DNA of 32,000 nucleotides, taken from positions 4,050,001 through 4,082,000 of the forward strand of contig NC_000962.3 of NCBI RefSeq assembly GCF_000195955.2. The letters are read 5' to 3'. Each line of letters starts with the position of its first letter. The stretch's first letter is position 1. The notes beneath the pieces were generated by a model, which was not told where the DNA came from, made no database searches, and saw nothing but the letters and a program-made list of their open reading frames with translations. The position numbers and the translations under genes are program-made. Shown in pieces: positions 1-12,526 of the stretch. This DNA is from Mycobacterium tuberculosis H37Rv. Lineage in GTDB: Bacteria > Actinomycetota > Actinomycetes > Mycobacteriales > Mycobacteriaceae.

Positions 1-585
1 CGCTTCGGCTCGAGAAGCGGCATTGGTTTTGAACAGTCCGCGCACCGCCGACGTAGTGGTGACCGAGCCGGGCTTGCGAACCCCGCGCATCGCCATGCAC
101 AGATGCTCAGCCTCGATCACCACGATTACCCCGCGTGGATCGAGTTTTTTCATCAGGGCATCGGCGATCTGACTGGTGAGCCGCTCCTGGACCTGAGGTC
201 GCTTGGCGTACAGATCGACCAGTCGCGCGATCTTTGACAAGCCGGTCACCCTGCCGTCGTCGCCCGGGATGTAGCCGACGTGGGCCACACCGTGGAACGC
301 CACCAGGTGGTGTTCGCAGGTGGAGTACATAGGGATTTCCTTGACCAACACCAGCTCGTCGTGGTCTTCGTCGAACATGGTGTTCAACACCGAGTCGGGG
401 TCGGTGTAGAGCCCGGCGAACATTTCGCGGTATGACCGGGCAACCCGGGACGGGGTGGCTACCAAGCCGTCCCTATCCGGATCCTCGCCGATCGCGTACA
501 GCAATTCGCGCACCGCGGCCTCGGCACGTTGCTGGTCGAACACACGGATACGAGCAGATGCGCTGCGCGAATCCAGCTGCGACAT
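1..585 (-). CDS. folE: GTP cyclohydrolase I (FolE), 3' end cut by window edge
   Basis: Reverse-strand reading frame from ATG at 585 ([50 protein letters not shown]...), open to the window edge, adjacent to ftsH. Not in the supplied ORF track because no stop lies in the window. Confidence 0.93.
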
Positions 586-600
586 CGAATGCTCCGTTCG

Positions 601-2854
<2,254 letters not shown>

Positions 2855-2883
<29 letters not shown>

Positions 2884-3556
2884 CGATCATCGGCCGTGCC
2901 GGCCAGGTCCTTCCCGATACACGCAGCTGGAAAGTCCAGGTTACCGCTCGTGGCGATCGCAAACCCGGCGGAGCCGGGTGCAGCGGGTCGCCACCATCAG
3001 CCCCGTGGCGATCGCAAACCCCGCGCCTGGCGACAATGCGGCCCGCAAAACGGGCCGAGGAGGAGCCAGGCAATCACCCCAGAGCCGGGTGCAGCGGGTC
3101 GCCACCATCAGCCCCGTGGCGATCGCAAACCCCGCGCCTGGCGACAATGCGGCCCGCAAAACGGGCCGAGGAGGAGCCAGGCAATCACCCCAGAGCCGGG
3201 TGCAGCGGGTCGCCACCATCAGCCCCGTGGCGATCGCAAACCCCGCGCCTGGCGACAATGCGGCCCGCAAAACGGGCCGAGGAGGAGCCAGGCAATCACC
3301 CCAGAGCCGGGTGCAGCGGGTCGCCACCATCAGCCCCGTGGCGATCGCAAACCCCGCGCCTGGCGACAATGCGGCCCGCAAAACGGGCCGAGGAGGAGCC
3401 AGGCAATCACCCCAGAGCCGGGTGCAGCGGGTCGCCACCATCAGCCCCGTGGCGATCGCAAACCCCGCGCCTGGCGACAATGCGGCCCGCAAAACGGGCC
3501 GAGGAGGAGCCAGGCAATCACCCCAGAGCCGGGTGCAGCGGGTCGCCACTGGCTAG
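2855..3556 (+). CDS. Arg/Pro-rich hypothetical ORF (Rv3611-like) consisting mostly of the 37-aa repeat; coding status doubtful and start uncertain
   Basis: Open frame dominated by the translated 111-bp repeat ([37 protein letters not shown]); other frames and the opposite strand are open too. Confidence 0.3.
2950..3549. repeat. Tandem repeat (VNTR), 111-bp period: one short 55-bp unit, four full units and a terminal about 101-bp partial unit
   Basis: GTGGCGATCGCAAACCC... begins at 2950, 3005, 3116, 3227, 3338 and 3449; spacing is exactly 111 bp from 3005 on. Resembles the known M. tuberculosis VNTR4052/QUB-4052 locus (from memory). Confidence 0.96.
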
Positions 3557-3847
3557 ACCAACGACCGGTAGTTCCCGACGGCGTCGGAAAATCCGACAGC
3601 TGAGCGTTCGGGTCAAACACGCGGTGCACCGGACCTGATTTGGCTCGAATTGGTGCGCACCGAGGGTCGGGCACATCGCTCCGGTCGCATGTGTCACTGC
3701 ACCGGGCGACACCCGATCTGCCCAGCTCTCAGCGACAGCTGCCTGACCTGCGGTTTTGTTCACAAGTTGGTTGCGGCTGTGCGGGATTGTAGGCGGCGTT
3801 GACCGGCAGAAACCGAGTTGTCGCGCATAGGTGAGCACAGCGACCAT
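3518..3847 (-). CDS. Hypothetical protein (Rv3612c-like), downstream of espD; C-terminus encoded inside the last VNTR unit
   Basis: 109-aa ORF, position and length match the Rv3612c gene in the espACD operon. Confidence 0.55.
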   Translation of the reverse strand: MVAVLTYARQLGFCRSTPPTIPHSRNQLVNKTAGQAAVAESWADRVSPGAVTHATGAMCPTLGAHQFEPNQVRCTACLTRTLSCRIFRRRRELPVVGLASGDPLHPALG

Positions 3848-3926
3848 CGCCCCCGGTGGAGTCCAGTGTTGCGGACGTGACTAAAGAGCAGCACGGGCAG
3901 CGGGAGCAGAACTCGGGTCAATTGAG

Positions 3927-4118
3927 TCATCCAGCGCGCGAACGTGGTTCGGCGCAGCCCCGGTTGGCTGTCTGGGCGTGAAGGTGCTCCCGAGCGGCCG
4001 GCCCGCCATGAAGGCGCGCCAAAGCTTTGGCATTGTGCACATTTTCCACCCGTGCTCTATTAATGCTGAGCCGCGAATTGTGAGCCCAGTCGGGAAACAC
4101 GCGGAGCACCAGAGTCAC
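3927..4118 (-). CDS. Small hypothetical protein (Rv3613c-like), start uncertain
   Basis: 63-aa ORF between espD and the Rv3612c-like ORF. Confidence 0.4.
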   Translation of the reverse strand: MTLVLRVFPDWAHNSRLSINRARVENVHNAKALARLHGGPAAREHLHAQTANRGCAEPRSRAG

Positions 4119-4141
4119 CGCAGCGGCCGGGGCGGTTCAAC

Positions 4142-4696
4142 TCACCATGGATCGCTCTCGTCGTCTGGTGCTGGACAATCGTCGCTGTAGCGCGTCGCGA
4201 ACACCTCAGCTTCTGCTGCCGCGGCTTCTTCCGGCGATGGTAACCCCCAGGTTTCGCCCACGGTCTTACGTAGCAGTGCGACGCGGTGTTCATCTGCATC
4301 GACCTGTTGACTCATCCTGTCAAGGATGAAGGCGTACTGGGCCGACTGCGCCTTCTGCCGCGCCAGGTCGGCAATCACCAGGATCTCAGAAGCGAGCTGC
4401 GACTCACTCATCCAGGCCACCCTGGCCGACAGCTCGACATGGTCAATCCGGCCGTCCATCAGCGTCGATACCGACACCGTGCGTGGGGGATTCGTCACGG
4501 TAAAAAGCGCGATCTCTTGTTCGGTGTCCGTCTCCGCCTGACCGTGGGCATTGTCCAGGTCGGGTCCGGTGTCCGGGGTCGCCGCCGACCCGACGCCAAT
4601 AATCGGATCCGCAGTCCAGCCCTCCGCGCCGTCGGCACCCCAGAGATCCACGGCGTCGAAATCGTTGCTGTCAAAGTCATTTCCGGGCAAGTCCAC
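4142..4696 (-). CDS. espD: ESX-1 secretion-associated protein EspD
   Basis: GTG start at 4696 gives 184 aa, (V/M)DLPGNDFDSNDFDAVDLWGADGAEGWTADP..., the expected EspD length; the track's 264-aa version extends upstream artificially. Confidence 0.92.
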   Translation of the reverse strand: MDLPGNDFDSNDFDAVDLWGADGAEGWTADPIIGVGSAATPDTGPDLDNAHGQAETDTEQEIALFTVTNPPRTVSVSTLMDGRIDHVELSARVAWMSESQLASEILVIADLARQKAQSAQYAFILDRMSQQVDADEHRVALLRKTVGETWGLPSPEEAAAAEAEVFATRYSDDCPAPDDESDPW

Positions 4697-4811
4697 CGTC
4701 CCTTCGGAATTCATTGCCACCCGGGAAGGGTCGGCCTGGGCAGCTGGCGTGGTCAGTCCGAACAGGTCGTTGGGAAGACGCTGTGGCCTGCACTGCGGGC
4801 AGCAAACGTGG

Positions 4812-5123
4812 TCAGGTAAACAACCCGTCGATAGCCTTGCGCCACGCTTCGTCGGCCTCGCTATATATCTTCGCCGCAATTCGAAGACTTTTGGCGAGAT
4901 CGACACCGGCCGTATGCAAGGACGAGCCCAGGGCATTGTGGGCAGTCAAGTACACATTTAACGTGTCGTTGAACTGTGAGCAGTACGGACCGTGAGTGAT
5001 CGCCACAGATTCGCCTAGGCCAGCGGCAGCTTCGACGCCCGAGGAGGCATCGACCGCCGCGTTGTCATGGTGCGACGCCAGTACACCGAGACGCTCGGGC
5101 TGGACGGTCAAGTTTTCCGTCAT
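4812..5123 (-). CDS. espC: ESX-1 secretion-associated protein EspC (T-cell antigen)
   Basis: 103 aa [69 protein letters not shown]..., WXG-like helical hairpin. Confidence 0.97.
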
Positions 5124-5196
5124 TGATCGTGTCCCTTCCGTTTAGCATTGCGCGTTGTTAGGCGCTGGCTAGCAATGGATTTGGCTCGCCATGCCG

Positions 5197-6375
5197 TTAG
5201 ACGACGTTTCGTACCAGCACCTTTTGCCCACCGCCCGCGTCAGCTTCGACTGGCGCGCGCTCGGCGTCTTCAGTGCCCGCCGCCGCGCCTTCCGAGTACT
5301 TCTTCGTCGTCGTCCCTTTCGACGCCCCCGAAGAGGGGTGCATGCCGCCCATGCCTACGGGTCCGCCCATACCTTGGGAACCCTGCGCGGAGACCAGCTG
5401 CGACTGCCCGCCGACCTGCTCGGCAGCGGCGCCGACCGGGCCATCAGCTCGGGGCCGTAGCGCCTGCCGAGTTGAGGCGGCATGGACCTGAGCCAGGCTC
5501 GGCAAGCCCCCAAAACCGGACCCGCCCCCAATGCCGGCCAGGGCGGGCAAGCTGGCTGAGCTCGCCAGGCTATCCGCGTGAGCCAAGCCCGACGATGCGG
5601 ACAGACCGGCCGCACCGAACAAGCCAGTCACTTGCGACAAGCCGCTGGTCGCGCCGGTCAAGCCGGGGACGCCCGCAAAGAAGGACTCCAGGTTCGACCA
5701 CCCTCGAGAGAACAGTCCGGTCACCCACCCCGTGAGCTTGTCCCAAAGCTCTTTCAGGCCGTTGAGCGCGTTTGTGATGAACTCCCACACTTCTCCGAGG
5801 GTGCCCTTGATGATGTCCGCCACATCCGAAATGATGTCCGCAATGGCGGCCGCGACCAACTCCGCCAATTTGGCAAGCAATTTGAGGAGTTGAGTCGCGT
5901 TGATCAGCGTTTTCACGACCAAGTAGGCAAGCGCGCCGCCCACTACGGCCATCGCGCCCGCGCAAAACGGCGCCTGGAAGGCGGCCGATAGGGCGTGCCC
6001 GACGACCGGGATGTAGGTCAGGTCCACAGCCACCGGGCGCACGAACTCGAGACCTTTCTTGGCGCCCTCCAGGATGTCGCGGGTCGTCTGGACCGCGTTG
6101 GCCTGGTCGTGGATCAGGCTGATGAGCTGACGATCGAGGTCTGCCAGTTCCTGGAAAAAATTCACGTGGTTGCGGTTTTTGCCGGCGTATTTGTCCGCGG
6201 CCGAACCTAACCAGCCATCACCCGGAAACGCTGCTGCCAGCTCCTCCAGGGCTTTTTCGAAGTACTCTAGTGAGGAGTAAAGGATACCCCCTTGGTTGGG
6301 TATTCCAATCCCCAGAAGGTCGTACAAGCCGTCAATGGCACTGATCGTTGGATCGATGATGAACGCTCTGCTCAT
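5197..6375 (-). CDS. espA: ESX-1 secretion-associated protein EspA
   Basis: 392 aa MSRAFIIDPTISAIDGLYDLLGIGIPNQGGILYSSLEYFEKALEELAAAFPGDGWLGSAADKYAGKNR... Confidence 0.97.
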   Translation of the reverse strand: MSRAFIIDPTISAIDGLYDLLGIGIPNQGGILYSSLEYFEKALEELAAAFPGDGWLGSAADKYAGKNRNHVNFFQELADLDRQLISLIHDQANAVQTTRDILEGAKKGLEFVRPVAVDLTYIPVVGHALSAAFQAPFCAGAMAVVGGALAYLVVKTLINATQLLKLLAKLAELVAAAIADIISDVADIIKGTLGEVWEFITNALNGLKELWDKLTGWVTGLFSRGWSNLESFFAGVPGLTGATSGLSQVTGLFGAAGLSASSGLAHADSLASSASLPALAGIGGGSGFGGLPSLAQVHAASTRQALRPRADGPVGAAAEQVGGQSQLVSAQGSQGMGGPVGMGGMHPSSGASKGTTTKKYSEGAAAGTEDAERAPVEADAGGGQKVLVRNVV

Positions 6376-7732
6376 GCCTGCCGCCTATCTCAACGGTCGT
6401 CGATTCCATGCATAGCCTTGGTTCTGCATTGCACGCGTAGGGCCTACAGTCTGGCTGTCATGCTTGGCCGATGTCAACAGTTTTTTTCATGCTAAGCAGA
6501 TCGTCAGTTTTGAGTTCGTGAAGACGGCATGTTCACTTGTTGTCGACTACATCGTCTGCGCACATTTGCCCTCCTGCAACTGCGCTGCGACAATGCGCCA
6601 ACCGCCGTGTAGGCGGCGCGATCCCAAGGCAGTGTCTCCGACGTCGATGCCTGCGCTTCGCCTTCGATCGGTATGAGATCTGTTGCAGGAGAGTCTATAT
6701 AGTGTGCTCATGGGGCTAGCCGGCGGCGGCCTCGTGGCGGGCACAATCACCTCGCCGGTGGCGCAATCAGGGCTGTGCTAACCCACCATCACTCACCCGA
6801 TTCGGCGTCGAAGCGGGGCGCTCTCATGGTTGCGAGGCAAAGCAAATCTCGGTTGTCCTAAATCGCGTCCGCTAAACACCTAGCTAGGCCGATCTGTCAT
6901 TATCTCCGATCATGTTTGATAAGGCGACGAAAACCGACGATGGAAATCCGTTGCGCTCGGCAAGATCGGCGAAGTATTGCGGCGGCCTTATCTAAACCAC
7001 TGAAGTTTTAGTAATTATCCGTCCGAGATATCCGAATATAGCGAACACCGGTACCTTGCGAAGAAAAGCCTGAATCTGATAACGCCGATATCCACTCGGG
7101 AGTTATCGGGCAACGGAAAGCGAAACGGCCTCCGTCGGAGAGCGACTGGGATAGCCCTGGTTCCGGGTGGTTTGCTATCCCGGGATAACGGCAGTGCTAC
7201 ATGCTCGGACCGATTTGCGATGCAGCCCCACCAATGCGGTGTCTCGCCTTAGTAGACACCTGCCGAGGATGGGTTACATGGTGGTCAGCTACTGAGCCAA
7301 CCGGTCGCACGGCGAGCCGTATCAAGATCACGCCAAGACAGCGGTTAATTCTATCAGCAAATGTTTCTATAGGACTCTATAGCCCGCCTGAGCTATTCCG
7401 GTGCTGTCGGCTAAGCCTGTGACCGGTGTCACTGCAGCAAGCCATTTCACCGATTGGCTCACGTTTGGGACCCTCGACTGACTGCGGTTGGTTGACCTGC
7501 TGCTTTTGTCCGCGAATTCACCGGAATTTGAACTGGACCTGGCCGGCAATCGTGGGGCAGTCACTGTGAGCTGTAGCCATGCCAGCTGCACAGGAAGTGC
7601 GATCCGGACGTCAAGGGAGGCCCGACTGGTCCGGCCGGCCGATCAATGATGCGCGGCAGCACCCGCGACAATCGCCTCTGGCTGCTCCCCAAGCCCTTCT
7701 CAGGCCGGTGCCCGGTGTGATTTGGTGAGACG
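6376..7732. promoter_or_regulatory. Long espA-ephA intergenic region (espACD upstream regulatory region)
   Basis: 1,357 bp without a convincing CDS, with comparatively AT-rich patches, directly upstream of espA. Literature places EspR, PhoP, MprA and Lsr2 control of espACD here; no individual site was mapped. Confidence 0.7.
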
Positions 7733-8701
7733 ATGGGCGCACCTACCGAACGGTTAGTTGATACCAACGGCGTGCGACTGCGAGTGGTCGAGGCCGGTGA
7801 GCCCGGCGCACCCGTGGTGATACTGGCCCACGGCTTTCCCGAACTGGCCTATTCATGGAGACACCAGATTCCTGCGCTTGCCGACGCCGGCTACCACGTG
7901 TTGGCTCCCGATCAGCGCGGTTACGGCGGATCGTCTCGCCCAGAGGCGATCGAGGCCTACGACATTCACCGGTTGACCGCTGACCTAGTGGGCCTACTAG
8001 ATGATGTCGGTGCCGAGCGGGCGGTCTGGGTTGGTCATGACTGGGGTGCCGTGGTGGTGTGGAACGCGCCACTGCTGCACGCTGACCGAGTCGCCGCCGT
8101 TGCCGCGTTGAGCGTCCCCGCGCTGCCCCGGGCACAGGTGCCGCCGACGCAAGCGTTCCGCAGCAGGTTTGGGGAGAACTTCTTCTACATCCTTTATTTC
8201 CAGGAGCCCGGCATCGCCGACGCCGAACTCAATGGCGACCCGGCCCGCACGATGCGCCGAATGATCGGCGGTCTGCGCCCTCCGGGCGATCAGAGCGCGG
8301 CAATGCGTATGCTGGCGCCCGGCCCCGACGGCTTTATCGATCGGCTTCCGGAGCCGGCCGGGTTGCCGGCCTGGATTAGTCAGGAGGAACTCGACCACTA
8401 CATCGGCGAGTTCACCCGCACCGGTTTCACCGGCGGCCTGAACTGGTACCGCAACTTCGACCGCAACTGGGAGACCACGGCCGACCTCGCCGGCAAGACG
8501 ATCTCCGTGCCCTCGTTGTTCATTGCGGGCACAGCCGATCCCGTCTTGACGTTCACCCGCACCGACCGCGCTGCGGAGGTGATCTCCGGCCCGTATCGCG
8601 AGGTGCTGATCGACGGGGCCGGTCACTGGCTGCAGCAGGAACGTCCCGGTGAGGTGACCGCGGCCCTGCTGGAGTTCCTGACGGGGTTGGAGTTGCGATG
8701 A
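7733..8701 (+). CDS. ephA: Epoxide hydrolase, alpha/beta hydrolase fold
   Basis: 322 aa; HGFPELAYSWRHQIPALADAGYHVLAPDQRGYGGSS, nucleophile region VGHDWGAVV, C-terminal GAGHWLQQERP. Confidence 0.93.
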   Translation: MGAPTERLVDTNGVRLRVVEAGEPGAPVVILAHGFPELAYSWRHQIPALADAGYHVLAPDQRGYGGSSRPEAIEAYDIHRLTADLVGLLDDVGAERAVWVGHDWGAVVVWNAPLLHADRVAAVAALSVPALPRAQVPPTQAFRSRFGENFFYILYFQEPGIADAELNGDPARTMRRMIGGLRPPGDQSAAMRMLAPGPDGFIDRLPEPAGLPAWISQEELDHYIGEFTRTGFTGGLNWYRNFDRNWETTADLAGKTISVPSLFIAGTADPVLTFTRTDRAAEVISGPYREVLIDGAGHWLQQERPGEVTAALLEFLTGLELR

Positions 8702-9885
8702 AGGCACCGTTGCGTTTTGGCGTTTTCATCACGCCATTCCATCCGACCGGTCAATCCCCGACCGTGGCGTTGCAATACGACATGGAGCGCGTCGTTGCGC
8801 TGGACCGGCTCGGCTACGACGAGGCGTGGTTTGGCGAACACCACTCCGGTGGCTACGAGCTGATCGCTTGCCCGGAGGTGTTTATCGCGGCCGCAGCGGA
8901 ACGGACCACCCACATCCGGCTAGGTACCGGAGTGGTTTCGCTGCCCTACCATCATCCGCTAATGGTGGCCGACCGTTGGGTGCTGCTGGATCACCTGACC
9001 CGTGGGCGGGTCATGTTCGGCACCGGCCCCGGCGCGCTGCCGTCGGACGCCTACATGATGGGCATCGATCCGGTCGAGCAGCGACGAATGATGCAGGAGT
9101 CCCTCGAGGCGATTCTCGCGCTGTTCCGTGCCGCACCTGACGAGCGAATCGACCGCCACTCCGACTGGTTCACCCTGCGTGAAGCGCAATTGCACATCCG
9201 CCCCTACACCTGGCCGTACCCCGAAATCGCTACCGCAGCCATGATTTCGCCATCGGGTCCGCGACTGGCCGGTGCGCTGGGCACGTCGCTGTTATCACTG
9301 TCGATGTCAGTGCCCGGCGGCTACGCTGCGCTGGAAACAGCGTGGGGCGTGGTGCGGGAGCAGGCCGCCAAAGCTGGGCGGGGCGAGCCGGATCGCGCCG
9401 ATTGGCGGGTGTTGAGCATCATGCACTTGTCGGACAGCCGCGACCAGGCGATCGACGACTGCACTTACGGGTTACCCGACTTCTCGAGGTACTTCGGCGC
9501 GGCAGGGTTTGTCCCGTTGGCGAACACCGTGGAAGGCACCCAGTCGTCTCGGGAATTCGTCGAGCAATACGCGGCCAAGGGAAATTGCTGCATCGGCACG
9601 CCCGATGACGCGATCGCCCACATTGAAGACTTGCTGCACCGGTCGGGTGGCTTCGGAACGTTGCTACTGCTCGGCCACGACTGGGCCCCGCCACCGGCAA
9701 CCTTTCACTCCTATGAGCTGTTCGCCCGTGCTGTGATTCCTTATTTCAAGGGACAACTCGCGGCGCCGCGGGCGTCGCACGAATGGGCTAGAGGCAAGCG
9801 CGACCAATTGATTGGCCGCGCCGGCGAAGCGGTCGTCAAAGCCATCACCGAGCACGTCGCCGAACAAGGGGAAGCGGGCAGCTGA
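8698..9885 (+). CDS. Luciferase-like FMN/F420-dependent monooxygenase (Rv3618-like)
   Basis: 395 aa; ERVVALDRLGYDEAWFGEHHSGGYELIACPEVFIAAAAERTTHIRLGTGVVSLPYHHPLMVADR, typical of the bacterial luciferase family; ATGA overlap with ephA. Confidence 0.92.
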   Translation: MKAPLRFGVFITPFHPTGQSPTVALQYDMERVVALDRLGYDEAWFGEHHSGGYELIACPEVFIAAAAERTTHIRLGTGVVSLPYHHPLMVADRWVLLDHLTRGRVMFGTGPGALPSDAYMMGIDPVEQRRMMQESLEAILALFRAAPDERIDRHSDWFTLREAQLHIRPYTWPYPEIATAAMISPSGPRLAGALGTSLLSLSMSVPGGYAALETAWGVVREQAAKAGRGEPDRADWRVLSIMHLSDSRDQAIDDCTYGLPDFSRYFGAAGFVPLANTVEGTQSSREFVEQYAAKGNCCIGTPDDAIAHIEDLLHRSGGFGTLLLLGHDWAPPPATFHSYELFARAVIPYFKGQLAAPRASHEWARGKRDQLIGRAGEAVVKAITEHVAEQGEAGS

Positions 9886-9983
9886 CGCGGGCGCAGTGTT
9901 CCCAACGACGACATGCCCGTGTATCGGGCGCCAAAGTCGACGCTGATCGGCCCGCCCTGCGCGGACCCAACTTAGGACCCGGG

Positions 9984-10268
9984 TTAGGCCCAGCTGGAGC
10001 CGACGGCGCTGTCGGTTTGTGCCATGTTGTTGCCGGCAGCCTGCACCTTCTGCCCGTGGGCGTTGGCCTGCTCGTAGATCACCTGGAAGTTACGGCCCAG
10101 CTGGGTAATGAACCCCTGGCAGGCCGCCGAACCGGCGCCGCCCCAAAAGTCACTCGCGGTCAACACATCAGAAATGATGGCCTGATGCTCGGCCTCCAGC
10201 GACCCGGCCTGAGCGCGGATCATGGCGCCGTGAGCGTCGACGTCCCCGAATTGATAGTTGATGGTCAT
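9984..10268 (-). CDS. esxV: ESAT-6-like (WXG100) protein EsxV
   Basis: 94 aa, MTINYQFGDVDAHGAMIRAQAGSLEAEHQAIISDVLTASDFWGGAGSAACQGF...SSWA; Mtb9.9 family. Confidence 0.93.
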   Translation of the reverse strand: MTINYQFGDVDAHGAMIRAQAGSLEAEHQAIISDVLTASDFWGGAGSAACQGFITQLGRNFQVIYEQANAHGQKVQAAGNNMAQTDSAVGSSWA

Positions 10269-10294
10269 GTGTCCTCCTGAGTCGTCGGGCCGGG

Positions 10295-10630
<336 letters not shown>

Positions 10631-10647
10631 TCAACGAACGTAGTTGG

Positions 10648-11889
10648 TCATCCGCCAGCCGGCGGTTGGGCGATCACGGTCGGCTTGAATCCGTATCGAG
10701 GGGCAGCGAAGTTGTTAAACGCACGTCCGGCACCGCTACCCATGAGCGGCATCCCGCCAAACGCGTGTGTCGAACCTTCAGCGGCGGCCGCGGCTCCGAG
10801 GCCGTTGGACGCCGCCAGCACCGCGGGGCTCGCCGCCGGGGTCGTGGCGGTCCAAACGGCCGGAACCTTCAATCCCCCGACCGACGCCGCCTGACCGACG
10901 GCGCCCGCAACGCCGCTCAGGCCAGCACTCGGAATGGCCGGAACGGCGGCCGGCAACGCCTTGGCGGCCTCACCGGCGGCTTTGGCGCCTTCACTCGCCC
11001 ACTTCGGCAGGTCGTGCGCCAGGCCAAAGTAGTCCTTGAATTGGGTGACCATGAGCCGAGCGGGCGAGACCCATTTGCCGAACGTGTCCATGGCCACGCT
11101 GGCATCAAGTTCGGCCGACCCGGTCACACCCTGCACAAAGTCGCCAAGCACTCCGCCCACGATGAGCCCGCTACCGTCCGAGGACCAGGTGTGCCCGGTC
11201 AAACCGAGCGCCTTGCCAAGGTCGGTGAGCCAAGGCGGTTCATTGGTGAAGATTCCGCTAAGCCCAAACAACGCTTTAGGAATGTCGGTGAGTGCTTGCG
11301 CATTTGCGGCCCCGCTGACAGCTTGTCCGACAGATGCGGCCTGGCTGGCCAGCCCGGCCGGGTTGATGGTCTGCGCCGCCGGATTGAATGGCGACAACTG
11401 CGTCGCCGCCGCCGACGCGCCAGCATAGCCGTACATCGCGGCCGCATCCTGGGCCCACATCTCGGCGTATTGCGCCTCGGTGGCCGCGATCGCCGCCGTG
11501 TTCTGGCCAAGGAAGTTCGTCGCCAGCAACGCCATCAACAACGCCCTGTTGGCCGCGATCTCCGGGGGCGGCACGGTCGCGAAAAACGCCGCCTCATAAG
11601 CACTCGCCGCTGCCACCGCTTGGCTGCCGGCTTGCTCGGCCTGCCCGGCGGTGCTCCTCAACCACGCCACCTGGGGCGTGGCGGCAGCCACCATGGACGC
11701 CGCGGAGGACCCCTGCCATGGCCCGTCGGCCAGGCCAGTGATCAGAGCGTCGTAGGTGGACGCCGTGGTTTGCAACTCGGCGGCCAGCGCCTCCCAGGCC
11801 GCCGCGGCAGCCAGCATCGGTCCCGAACCGGGTCCGGCGTACATCAGCGCGGAGTTGACCTCCGGCGGTAACTGAGCAAAGTCCAGCAT
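10648..11889 (-). CDS. PPE65: PPE family protein PPE65
   Basis: 413 aa starting [42 protein letters not shown] domain, C-terminal PxxPxxW-like region; directly downstream of a PE gene. Confidence 0.95.
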   Translation of the reverse strand: MLDFAQLPPEVNSALMYAGPGSGPMLAAAAAWEALAAELQTTASTYDALITGLADGPWQGSSAASMVAAATPQVAWLRSTAGQAEQAGSQAVAAASAYEAAFFATVPPPEIAANRALLMALLATNFLGQNTAAIAATEAQYAEMWAQDAAAMYGYAGASAAATQLSPFNPAAQTINPAGLASQAASVGQAVSGAANAQALTDIPKALFGLSGIFTNEPPWLTDLGKALGLTGHTWSSDGSGLIVGGVLGDFVQGVTGSAELDASVAMDTFGKWVSPARLMVTQFKDYFGLAHDLPKWASEGAKAAGEAAKALPAAVPAIPSAGLSGVAGAVGQAASVGGLKVPAVWTATTPAASPAVLAASNGLGAAAAAEGSTHAFGGMPLMGSGAGRAFNNFAAPRYGFKPTVIAQPPAGG

Positions 11890-11898
11890 CGGCCTCTC

Positions 11899-12198
11899 CT
11901 AAGCGATCGTGGCGGCGTTGGCAGCCTCGGTGGCCGCATATGAACCGGCGCTGATGCCCAGCGTGGTCGCCAACTGCTCCTGGACCGCCATCGCCTCGGC
12001 ACTAATCGCCTGGTACAGCTGTGCATGCGCGGCAAACTGGGAGGCGGTTAGCAGGGACACCAAATCAGCGGCGGCCGGAACCACACCCGTCGTCGGGCCC
12101 GCCACCGCTGCATTTCCGGCCCGCGCAACGGCGTTGATCGACTGCAGTTCCCCCGCGGTCGCAGCCAGCATCTCTGGCTCGGCGTGCATGATCGACAT
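11899..12198 (-). CDS. PE32: PE family protein PE32
   Basis: 99 aa MSIMHAEPEMLAATAGELQSINAVARAGNAAVAGPTTGVVPAAADLVSLLTASQFAAHAQLYQ..., PE domain. Confidence 0.94.
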   Translation of the reverse strand: MSIMHAEPEMLAATAGELQSINAVARAGNAAVAGPTTGVVPAAADLVSLLTASQFAAHAQLYQAISAEAMAVQEQLATTLGISAGSYAATEAANAATIA

Positions 12199-12526
12199 GG
12201 TATTTTCCTCCCTCTAATGCACGTTGCATCAATAGCTTTCGGCGTTCCCCGCTGAAGACCACACGACAGGCTAGCCATCCTTATAGGAACATCACAGACT
12301 TCACACAGGTTGTTCACGGCTAAGTCAATAACAATTCATTTACTTCAAGGGCATTTCCGTAGCTTTTGAAATTCCCCTGAAATTCATTGGTAACAAGTAA
12401 TTTGAGTTTGGTATGAATTTCGGGGTACTGGCATCGACGGGCCCTACAATGCGCAACTTGCGCACACCACGCCACGCTGAAGCAACCGTCGACCGATTCA
12501 ACGGCGCAGGCGCTAGGGTCCCAGGC

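Noticed and set aside
2950-3549. Possible CRISPR-like array from the regularly spaced repeated motif
   Set aside because: Whole 111-bp units are identical with no variable spacers; it is a plain tandem VNTR and no cas genes are near.
4697-4936. N-terminal extension of EspD in the 264-aa track ORF
   Set aside because: EspD of the expected 184 aa begins at GTG 4696; the extension overlaps the end of espC and is Cys/Arg-rich with no EspD-like character.
12199-12526. Short repeats such as AATTCATT and GAAATTC in the PE32-lpqG gap as operator sites
   Set aside because: Too short and imperfect in an AT-rich spacer to support a specific site without expression or binding data.
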